Shown here piece by piece: positions 12,084-23,073 of a stretch of 64,000 nucleotides of DNA. The DNA comes from Klebsormidium nitens (taxonomy: Eukaryota; Plantae; Klebsormidiophyceae). Where the stretch lies: the NCBI GenBank assembly GCA_000708835.1, contig DF237275.1:1-64000 (forward strand). Reading direction: 5' to 3'. The stretch's first letter is position 1. Every line of letters starts with the position of its first letter. The notes under the pieces were generated by a model. The model was not told where the DNA came from, made no database searches, and saw nothing but the letters and a program-made list of their open reading frames with translations. Both the position numbers and the translations under genes were made by a program.

Positions 12084-12999
12084 GACTTTCCCTAGCTGTC
12101 CCGTAGCTGGAAGCCAAGTGGCTCTTCCTCAACGAGTTTGCCCCGTCAGAGTGCTTGAGAGTGTCGTGAAGTACGTACCGCGAACTCAACCTCTGTGGAT
12201 GTGGTACCGGGAGGGTTTGCTCGCGCCGCCCCGGCCGCGCTAAGTGAAATCAGTGGAACTTACTGAGCAGGCCGGCTGCATGGCCGTCCGACTGATGGTC
12301 CCATAGGCTTCTCGGGGCATACAAGGTTTGTGTTACAAGCAATTGACTTGCTGAGAGGCTTCTACGCTCCAACGATATCAATCCGAGGCTCGGCTCCGGT
12401 CTGTTGTAGTGAGTTAAGGTTCCTCTACACGTACATTGGAATGTAGGCAACATGCTTTTTCGCCTCTTTTTCGCTTCGACTGCATTTGTTGAGCGCAGCG
12501 GACACGGTCCAACCTCGACTGAGTCAGTACGGCAAGACAGCGTCACAACTCACAATGTAACAGTTCACTGTATCGGTTGATCGACTCTGATCGAATGTGT
12601 ACATACCACGTACATACGTGCTAACTTGGTGTAAGGCCCAATACTATCTTTGGGACGCATGCAGGAATCGAGCACGATGCGAGCATGAAGAACATCGCCA
12701 TGCGAGCATCATAATACCACTCTCGTAAGCTAGCATCAGCGAAGCATGTGCCTATTATCCCAAAAGCTTCCTATATATGAAGCCTTCCAGCCGCATCTCA
12801 CTTCCAAGACTCCAATCTAGCGATAAGTGCATTCAATCAGAGCATTGCATACGTTTAACATTCCATCGCTTCAGAAAATGAGCCAAGTGCGTGGGAACGC
12901 AATCTTGAAGGCTCCGCAGCAGAAGGAGAGGATCTCGACGATCTGGCCCTTATCTCTCACAAAGTGCAGAACCGACTGAATGTCCTTGTAATAAATCAA

Positions 13000-15900
13000 T
13001 CAGCAACTTGCTGCCTGGGCCTCTTCTTCAAACTCGAGGTGCGTGCCTGCTGCTGCAAGTAACTCCCCGGCAGCCCTTGCAATGGTGGAGCCTGCAATGT
13101 ATCCTCCCGTCCAAGCGTTCTGCACGAGCGACGAGAGACGCTTTATGCTGAGCAATCTGAATCTTCAGTACAACCATCGGCCACGAGTGCAGCAAGTCGA
13201 ATGCTGCATACAGCATCCTATTTACCGTTGTGAGTCTCGCGTCCCGAGTATGTCTTCATAAAGTGAGCTTCTTGAAAGGGTCACGATTCTCAGGAAAACC
13301 CACCGTTCAAAAATCAATGCAAGAAGGTTTACATCCCCAAGAGCGGGCAAACGAGCATTGGCTGGGAGACGAATGGCCCCTTCTTGTCTGGAACGCATCC
13401 GATGGCGAACCTTTCTGAGAGAGCACAGGCAGTCAATGAGAAGGGCCGACAATCGTAGCCACTGTTATCCTGATCCTTCTCTGAATGAACGGCGTCAGTT
13501 TCTACTCTCACATGAGAGCTTTGGGGGGGAGCGAATGTCTCCGGTGCCTACCTGGAAGTTGAACCCCCCCGTGACGCCGTCCACGTCAAGGAGCTGCATG
13601 AGGGGCACGGAGAACGTTAACTAAAGGTCTCCGGTCACGAGGTGCAAGATAGGAGCCAGCAATCATCGTCGGACGGAATATGCAAAACGTGCACCATTTG
13701 TCGGGATGTCTCGAAGTCTGCACTTCATACGTTAATTAAACAATAGCAGAGGAATGCCTTGTGATTGGCGACAAAGCGAACAGCTTTTCGACCCCGCAGG
13801 ACTGCCCAGCGCGCCAAATCGACACCTCCACAATTGACACCGGGTCATATCGCAGCAGGTATCGATCAAGCGCGTCGAGTCTCGGGGCCCGTCCCCACCT
13901 CGCCTGCCAAAAAGAGCCCCCGGCACACGCGGCTCTCCATCGTGGCGAGCGTCACCTCCTTCAGCGGCACCCCTCCGGCCTTAACGACCTCATCTTTAAA
14001 TTGACCCTGCAGTTGGCGAGAACTTCGTTTAGGCGGCCAGGCGGTCGGTAGACGTACATGCAACTTTGGGATCTAACATGCTCTAAACCTGGGTGCCCAC
14101 GTGTTGTTTACACCCACTGTTACTTTAACCCAGAGAAATTATGCAGTTCTCAAATGTCACGGAAGCAATCTGAGCGCAAGTGCCGACGAAAGCAAGATAC
14201 CCGCTAGGCTGGGCATTTGCATTCGAGCAAGGACGTGACAGAGTGACACACCAAGTGTCCAAAAGACAGAACTTCCGGATGATGCCACAGTCGGCCTGCA
14301 GACCTAAAGAGAAACCTGAAAAGACCTACAGTGACCTTCGTAGAAGCTCTCAGATTTGACGCCTGGAAACAGGAAAGTCCGACGGGAGATTCTCCCGTAG
14401 CAGGCACGGGGAAGGAGCACGCGCGTCACATCCTCAGATAGCGGACGATCAAGGAACGTTACCTTTCCGGCGATGATAAACGGTCGTCGCTTGAGCGAGT
14501 CCGTCAGTTTTTGGAGGGGCTTGCCCGGAGCTTGAGCCCACGTCAACTCAGGGTCCAACCCCTGTGACAAAAGAAGCAATCGGTCATCTCCCAGTATCTT
14601 AGCACGCTCCTAAAGACCAGACGCAGTGCAAAAGAACAACGGCCCTCGTTCGGAATTGCCAAGGTTTGTTGGTAGTGGCCTACATAGAAACCAGCTCAAA
14701 TGCCCAGAAATTACCCTCGATATGAAGACGAAGTCTCAGCGGAGAAGTCTTACTGAATGGCGACAAGGAACCCAGGTGATTTTGCGCGCCGAGTTATAAA
14801 GGACGGGGGCGTTTGAGTCAGCGCACCACTGCCGTTCTCGGATTCCCCATCCGTAGATCGAGGCCGAATCCGAAACGAACCGTTGAAACCTGCCACAAGA
14901 GGACACAGAGGAGGGACAGGAAGCAGACAAAGACCGAAAGCCAAGGCCGTGATTGGCTCATAAAAAGCGGAGACTTCTGGCTGGTAAAGGCATGCAGCGC
15001 CGCACCTCCTTTTGCAGCAGGTACAGCCAGAAGCGCCGCGGCAGGTCGAGCGCGGGCGGGCCTCCGCTCGCGAGCTTCTTCTTCCCTGCGCGCGTTCTGT
15101 ACGCGAGCATCTCCTGAGCGACCGCCGCGGCTTGCATGCCCGGGAGGAAGTCGACGACCAGCGAGCCTGCGAGAGAATGTCAATGATCATTCTTCCGTAA
15201 TGGTATCATTCTTGGAGAGCACTTAGACGAACTTTCCGGGGCGTTCGATTCTAGCCCGGAAGGAGTCGGCCAGTGGGCCGCAGGAGATAATCAACGGATC
15301 AATTTATCATTCATAGAGAGCAATCGAATGAAGTCCCGGGGCGTTTGACTCTGGCCCGGACGTCCACGTCCAGCGAGCCTGCGAGAGATAGTCAACGGAT
15401 CGTTCTATCCTTCTTGGAAGGCAACAAGAATCAAAGTTGCCCCGACAATTCGATTCTTGCCCGAGAGGAGTTCAGGACCAGCGAGCCTGCGAGAGAAAGT
15501 CAATGGATCATTCTATCATTCTTAGAGAGCAATCAAAAGGAAGTGCTCGGGAATCTGACTTCTCGCCCAGGAGGAGTACACGACCAGTGAGCCTGCAAGA
15601 GATAGTGACCAAACCATTCTATCGTTCTTAGAGGCAATAAAGACAGGATGTCCGAGGAACTTGATATCCTCCCCAAGAGAAGGCCACGATCAGCTAGCCT
15701 GCGAGAGGGAATCTATGGATCCGTGTTATCATTCTCAGAGAGCAATGAGGTGCAGAGTGCCCGGAGAATTCGACTTCTTGACACGGGAGGAGTCCACGAA
15801 CAGCGAGCCTGTAAGAGAAAGTCGATGGATCATTCTATTAATCTTAAAGAGCAATAAAACACGAAGTGCCCGGGGAGTTCGAAGCTTGCCCGGGAGGAGT

Positions 15901-18900
15901 CCACGACCAACGAACCTGCGAGAAAGAACTTAGAGGATCCGTCTATCATTCTTAGAGAGCAATAAAAGACGAAGTGCTCGGGGAGGTTAGCTTGCCCAAG
16001 AGGAGTCCGAGCCTGCAAGAGAAAGTCAACGGGCCAATTTAGTCGGACAATTCGACAAAGATGAAGGACAAAGTACCTGGGCAATCTGCTTTTCTGCCGA
16101 AGTGAATGACGGGACGCGGGTTCAGAAAGAAGAACAGGATGGACTGGTGGACCTGTGCCATTGACAAAACCACGGTCGTGCTGCGGAGTATCTGAGAGAG
16201 CGGTTAATGTCGTCCTTCCCCATTCCATTCCGGATCGGGAATCGTGAGGCCACATGGAAGGGAGTTTCGGCAGATCCGCTCCTGTTCATAAAAACCGAAG
16301 TCTGACGAGCACCGAGTGGTAAAAAGACGCTGTTTTTCATATCGTCGAAGGCAACAACTCACAATGTAAGGATGACTCAAAGGAGCGCCCCAAGTCCACA
16401 GTTGAACTCACAAAGTCCAGTCCAGCACGGCACGCGACACGGCATGCAAAATTCCAACCTTTTCTGCTGCACCGACCCACCTTTGTACGCAGTGTCAAAG
16501 AGGCCCCGGGCCCCCCAAGCCGAGAGTTTTAACACCAGCGGTCCACTCAGGCCCCAGTGCGTGATCAGCAGCGGACCTTCCTGTTGCAAACCGGGGGGTG
16601 GCTTCCTCTGTCCCTCCAAGTGGAGCTCCCCCCCAACTTGCGGAAAGCTTACCTGAGGGAGGAAACAGCAATTTGTCAGGGACAAGCTGGTTCCTGTAAG
16701 CAGGACGGTAACTAAAGCAGGTCGTTGATAAATTGAATCGACAGATTACTGGTCTTCAATTGATGATGTAGTGGGAGGGCGTTGGAAGAGTCGCGAGAAG
16801 GATAATGAAACAAGGCCCTTACGATCTCAACAGTTCTATGGCTAGCTCGATCGCATCGCTCGTCAGTATGGCCAGCATTTCCGCATACTTTCTTTGTCGA
16901 AAACGAAACTTACGTTGGGCTTGACGCCTTCCAGCATAAATGCTTCCACTTTGAAGTTCGAACGAAAAGAGGTAAGGCTCACAACTCCAAGTATCCTAAA
17001 TCCGACAAGTAACTTTCGGCGCTTACTCCCGCAAGTGCTGTAAGGTCCGTATCAGGCGTGCAGAATGTGAACAGGCTCGGCCGGGGGTCGATGACGGTGT
17101 GGCCCAAGGCTCCCGCCAGCTCATACCCCTGCGCCGCAATGAAGTCAAGCTTCAATTACGAAGCTTCGACAAACCCTACTTTTTAACAGCGTGACGGGAA
17201 TGCATTCCGCAAGGACTCAGATCGCAGCGAAATTGTTAGGTAAGGTTTGGCGGGATGATTCAGATTGTCTCAGATCAGATTGATGCAGCGCATGTGAATC
17301 CCAAAATGATTTTGCACAAGGAGCCGCTTGCATGAGCCAGCCCAGATGCAACACGGTCAATCCGCCCACCGCATTGAGAGGAAAGCAGACAGCAGGGATG
17401 ACAGCGGGGCCGGATCATTCTGGTCCAACCGAAGCAGCGTCGTGCAGACAATTTACGGACCTGGCAGAGTCCCTATCCTGTCTGTCAACCGCACTGACTT
17501 GCTGAGGCACTTGCGGACAACAGTCCTCACAACAACTCCTTGCGCCCCACATTCATACGCGCTCCCTGATTTGTCAAATCCGGAAAGCTACGAAACCTGC
17601 TGCCAATCCTCACCCTCTGGGCACTCCCCGTTGCCAGCATCAGGAAGTCTGACGTCATCACGCTGGGCCGTGTAACGGGCCCCAACGTCAATTCGAAGTG
17701 CCCCCCAGGCAGCCTCCGGACTGACAGCACGTTGGTGCCGTTTCTCAGCTTGACGCCGAGGCGCTGCACCTCACTCAGCAGGCAGTCTATGACGGTCGCT
17801 GAAGTGTTGGTGACGGGGAACATGCGCCCGTCGTCTTCTTTCTGCAAGAAAGAGCAGGTATTCGTCTACGTAGAACGTCGTTTGTCAGAATTTCCTCAGC
17901 CATTCACAAACGGGTCAGCTTTGAACAGTTCGAAAGTACGCAGCATTCTCAAAGTGCGTCACGTCAGCCAATCCTGTGGGAGTGCGCACTTCTTCTAAAG
18001 GAAGAAGTTGGCTGCCTGTCAGAGGCAATGGAGGGTGCGGAACCCATCCTACGCTCAGCGCACGAGTCAGTGCCTTGCAGCCAGTCGTCATTTTCTGAAA
18101 CGCTGCTATTGTGGTGGATGCACAATCCACCAAGAGGCTCTGCTCCACTTGACGCACATAGCATACCTTCATCAATACCACGTCGAAAGGACTCGGACTG
18201 TACAGCATTCTTCCATTTGTTGATGCCAATCCTTGTTCAATGCAAGCCGGTACCTGTTTATGGCCAGAAATTTCGCTCGCTCTAAAACACTTCAGAATGT
18301 TCCTGTCAGGCCCAAATAAGAGGTCGCAAGGGTGAAACGCACCTTCAGAGCCACCCCTCGCGCCTCGAACCACTCTACTGTCTCCTTTGGTCCGTGCGTC
18401 CGAAAGAAGGCCCCGCGCAGCTCCCGATGGCCCCGAGGGTACTGGCCCGATAGTGGCTGCACGGTTGGGGAGGAGAGGGCATTCACACCAGTTGCTTCGA
18501 AGCAGGACAGTTGCAATAGAAGCGATAGTATCCGTCGTTTAATCCGTTATTTTGTCAATGATGGAGATTTGACCCATAACTCGTGCAGAAAGTGAGGTCC
18601 AGATGAGTGCCGGTTTTATGCATGAACAGCGCTTTCAAAAAAGAAAATCGTTCTGCCAAAGTATCTCTTTGAACTTCTCAATGCCACCACTGAATGCCAC
18701 CGAAGACATATAGAAGGAGACCTGCAGCCTGATAGGCACTATCTGCCCCCTGTCACTCTAGAACCTTGTTGAATGGAAACAACTCAAGCACAGAGTTCCG
18801 TTGCTTGCCAAATGGCCGAAGGAGAGCCAGACCAATTAACATCAGGAAAGCCGCCTTACCCCCGGTTCAATATGAAGCCCTGTGGTCACATTGCACCGCC

Positions 18901-19504
18901 CGCCCCCCGAGATGCGCACCTTTGAGAGCGGGGCACTCTTTTCAAGCACAACCACCTCCAGATCAGGACACGCTTCCTTGGCCCGAATGGCACCAAAAAT
19001 GCCCGCGGCGCCCCCCCCAACAACCACTAAAGTTAGCGCGTCACTTGCGCCCCCGCTTTTATCACCTAAAGAGCTGCCAGGATGGGGATCATCTGGAGAA
19101 CAATGAGAGTGAGCGTTGTGAACTCCATTTTGCGCTGCGCCACTTTCGGTTGCGGCTAAGGTGGCCCCATCGAAAGTAGACCGCACTGTTTCGCGGGAGA
19201 CTGAGGCTCCAGAGGAAACCGGCCCTTCCGAAGCGCATCCATGGCCGAACCCCGACACTGGCGCCTGCGCTCCATTCGCCACCACCGACACCTTTTGAGA
19301 ATGACTGCCTGAGGAGCTCTGTGACTGCCACCGCTGAAAGCTGACGGGGAGCTCGGAGAACCTTGGAAAAGTGCCGGAGTGCCCGCAGAAAGGGGTTTGC
19401 ACACTGATGGCTGCAGTTGTGCCCTCCTGGAAAGATGCTCGTATGGTCAGCGAGCCCTGGAAGAAGGCCGCCGCGCCCCGGGCTCTCGCTAGAGCGTGTG
19501 CCAT
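13000..19504 (-). CDS. HI0933/YhiN/BaiN-family FAD-dependent oxidoreductase with N-terminal organellar transit peptide
   Basis: Ten phase-consistent exons: 19504-18860, 18456-18343, 17841-17614, 17128-17027, 16652-16481, 15166-15006, 14561-14463, 14006-13899, 13593-13552, 13119-13000. Motifs: [93 protein letters not shown]. Confidence 0.96.
15135..16030. repeat. Nine-unit ~107-bp degenerate tandem array in HI0933 intron 5, derived from the exon-6 acceptor junction
   Basis: The core gcccgggaggagtccacgaccagcgagcctgcgagaga...tatcattcttagagagcaat recurs with anchors at 15167, 15278, 15379, 15487, 15593, 15699, 15809, 15916 and 16013. The first unit overlaps the real exon start at 15166. Confidence 0.92.
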
Positions 19505-19994
19505 GTTCTGCTGAGTAGCACTCTGAGCGAGAAGGAAGGTGCAGCCGTGGTGTCAGCAATGCTCTGGTGTAGGAAGAACCAACTGCCTGCTGTGCTTTCT
19601 TCCAGGCAGGCATACAAGAGACAGCAGCACCACCACCATCCGCTTCGCCTCCTTCGTCGACCTCAGGCTGTTCACTTTCCTGAATTTGAAGGTCAAACTT
19701 TTCACAGGGTCCAAGGAAAAAACCCCAAACCTTTGAAATTCTAGAGGCGAAGAAGTGACCAGCTGGCAGCCCGCGGTTTGTGGGGAGCTGTGTTGAGGGT
19801 TTTGCAGGAGAGCATGCAGGTGGATGCAATCAGAGACGTGCATGTGGAAGCTTCTCGTGGAGAGCAATTAGTGGAGACCCGCAAATTTTGCCGCAGCTGT
19901 TATGCCCTCAGCCATTCACTCATGCAAGACTTTCATTGTCTTTCTAGGTTTTCACGACTTCGCCAGCCAAAGTTGCCTTCCCCACCCCCCAGTC

Positions 19995-21786
19995 ATGGCT
20001 TCGCACACTGTTACAATGCCGCAGACGCCGGGGTCTTACCCCACAGCGACCCCCTATGGCAACCCCCCGCCAAAGCAGACGACAGCAGCTCCAGCTGGAG
20101 GGGTCTACATTGCTGGGTCCAGCTTGGGGAGCGACCGGAAGTTCACAAAGCGGTCGGTTGCATCGTTAATATTCAGGCTGATGCAGCTCATCTTCTCTGT
20201 GATTGGCCTGTCGGTAAGTTGTCATCTCGATAACTTGATGCCCATTTGTGTGGAGCTTACTGAGAAACAGCTGTTACTTGGGTCTTCTTTCTTCTATGAG
20301 GTTTTCTGTTGTTCTCTGCGATGTATATTTTGAGCCTTGCTGACTTGATTTGGCCACTCGGTTTGCATGCAATCCGCTACCTTGCTATTCATGAAGTGGG
20401 CATTGCATGCACGCAGCTTTTACCCAGCTTTACTGAACTAAATACTCTGATTCCAAGCTTGTCTGCCCTTCCTCAAAGCCACTCTAATTGTGCGGCATTG
20501 GACAGCTGTCTTTTCACTGAGATACAGGGCTATTGTTTACCAGCAAACAAGTTGAACACTTGATTTCCCAAGTCCTATGTCGTGCAGAATCTTCTGAGCT
20601 GTTTGCTTGTACGCCCTGAGCTGAATACGATTTTTCTCAATCAATGCTTTTTCATAAGCTCTTGACTCAACCATTTTGGAGTAAACATGCAGCACTTGCT
20701 TCATTCACAGAGCCTGTGTAAGCACTCCTGTGTGAAGTGCTAGCGACACTCGCGAACTCTGGTTAACTGACCAATTTTTTTTTTTTGTTGAAACTCCTAT
20801 CAGTCTGCCAGCTTCTCATTTTCTGTCCTGTGCGCAGAGGCGCCCACCTACTTCCCCCTGGATGGGCAAATGTGATCACTGAACTTGGGGCAGTCACTTT
20901 TTCCACAGCTTGCCCGGATAGGTCGTTTACCTTTTCGAGCCTACAGATTTTGCAACAAATACGTACAGATTCTGACCGCTGTTGCATCTCTGTTTTGCAG
21001 ATCATGGCCAGCGCCCATGACAAGAGGAATGATTTCACGGGCCACTCCCTGGACTACACTGACTACAAGGGCTACACGTGGCTGATGGTCATGCTGATCT
21101 TCGTCTTTGTCTGGTCGCTTATTACCCTCATCTTGGACGCCTTGGAGGCGTGCACCAGCTTCTCAATGGGAGGGATTGTTGCTCTGATTATCGCTGTTGT
21201 GGATCTGGTAAGTATTCGCACTCCATCTTCTTGAGTTCTCATATGATAGTTCACTTGTTTCCTGCTGTTGTGGTCTGTGTTGGTTGGCTGTGTCAACAAA
21301 TCATTCCTAGTAGTCTCAGCTTTAGGGACGCATCTCCTGTTTTTTGACAACATCTGTGTTTGACAACATCTGTGACCGCTTCCAGCCAAAGATTTATCAG
21401 TGCAATGCTACCATCCAAAGTCTGTCATATGAATGTCACCTCCTATACCTTTTCTTCTTTGTCATATTGATGTCATTTGAATACCCTTTCTATACAAAGC
21501 TGAGTGCCTTATTCTAGATATGATTTAGTTTGTATCTCGAGTACCTCCATTTAAGGTTTGCGAATGTATTCACACAGAACTTTCTGCTTCGCAGTTCCTG
21601 GCATTCCTCGTTTTTGGAGCGGCCTGCTCAGCCGCCACCCTTGACACCGACGTGGTTGGCGGCGGGTCTGGCAAATTCAGTTCTAGGGTGCGGGCGGCAA
21701 CAGCTTTTGGTTTTGTGACCTGGTTGTTCCTGGTCCCTACGATGCTCTTGAACACCGCCATTGTCATCACAGAGGTCTTCGGGTAG
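19995..21786 (+). CDS. CASP-like (CASPL)/MARVEL four-transmembrane protein
   Basis: Exons 19995-20213, 21001-21207 and 21595-21786, all phase 0. Four hydrophobic helices: LIFRLMQLIFSVIGLSIM (conserved TM1 Arg), YTWLMVMLIFVFVWS, VVDLFLAFLVFGAACSAA (TM3 Asp), AATAFGFVTWLF. The N-terminal tail is Pro/Thr-rich. Confidence 0.88.
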
Positions 21787-23073
21787 ATACAAGCATGTGC
21801 GGTGGCAGTTCCCTTGCACGCTTAGATATGTTGGTCATGGGTTAGACAGAGTTAGGAAGACGGGACTGGGTTGTATAATATTGGTGGCACGCAGCTCGCT
21901 TGCACGCACATTGAGCTTTTTGACCTTCCATATACAGTACAATATGTGGACAATCTGGACGCTTTAGATGTAATTTAGACCGTGAACAGTAGGACGAAGC
22001 AGAGGTCTTTAATTCCATGTTGATTAAAGACTTGAGACCATCAAGCACAGTGGCCTCGAGTCATACATGTGCATAATCTCTCTGCTTGTTCAGTGTTAGA
22101 GCGTATTTCAAATGCACTCCATATGTAACGGACGTGGTGTGATCTTACACAATATATCTAGAAGGTCTCAAGTATCTACCAGGCCTGTGCCAGCTAGTTT
22201 GCCACATGTACATATCATCAAAAGCATGTTGTGTGTATGATGCACATATTCAGCTACACGTACTGCATGTTATTATCGCTTGCAGGCTTCATAGCTCGAT
22301 GCGCATATATGCATGTGTATAGCACAAAATATAATCAAGCTAGAACGAAATCAACCGCGGTCCCCCTTCTAAGCGTCGGTCCCACATGGTACGTCGCAAA
22401 ATTTGATGTGCGATCTTTTAGGCTAGCGGTGCGCGCGCCCAGCACCTTGAAGCGACCTGACTCGCTTCTTTGATCAGTGACATGGTAGGTTCGAGCTCGC
22501 AGCTAGGCCGCCCGGCCAGCCGGATTCTTTAAGTTCAGGGGGCAAGATCGACAATTTCAAATGATCTGTCATGGCAGAATCCGACGGCCAGGCATTTTTG
22601 AAAGCTATATAGTTGCTAGCACCACAATCTAGCTGCGGCAAAGCTTGCAATACTCTGCATGTGGGTCCCATGTATGGGTGCTATCACATGCACGGCGATC
22701 AGACCGTCTGTGCAGAGACCATTCAACATACAATAACGTTTCCCGAAATCGCATCGAGCTGTTGAGGCTCGGCCTTTATCATGCATGCACCTTTGGCTTT
22801 GAGCAAATATGGCACGCGGTACTGAGACATCATTGCATATGTGCTCGCACCACTTGCATGGACGACTGTACATCCCGCAGATCATTCTGTGTGTGTGCAT
22901 ATGCACATACTCCTTCTGGATCCAAATCCCAACTCTATGAGAAGCATGGCATTTTGACGTCGTTTTTCACCTCAATAAACCTAGCCTAAACAGATGACCA
23001 CAAAAGCACGATTACATATGCTCTATAATACAAGGGTTTCAAATTGTACCTCCCCCAAGCTAATGGAAGAGGG

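Noticed and set aside
15135-16030. CRISPR-like or coding-repeat interpretation of the array (ORFs 15345-15933, 15830-16255)
   Set aside because: Eukaryotic intron, no unique spacers or cas genes, whole units are homologous, and unit lengths are not multiples of three.
12545-16369. Exact 16-mer acaactcacaatgtaa at 12545-12560 and 16354-16369
   Set aside because: About one chance 16-mer match is expected within 64 kb on both strands, and the flanks do not extend the match.
22420-22500. GGTTCGAGCTC resembling a Pol III B-box (tRNA/SINE)
   Set aside because: No cloverleaf, no convincing A-box at proper spacing, no poly-A/T tail or TSD.
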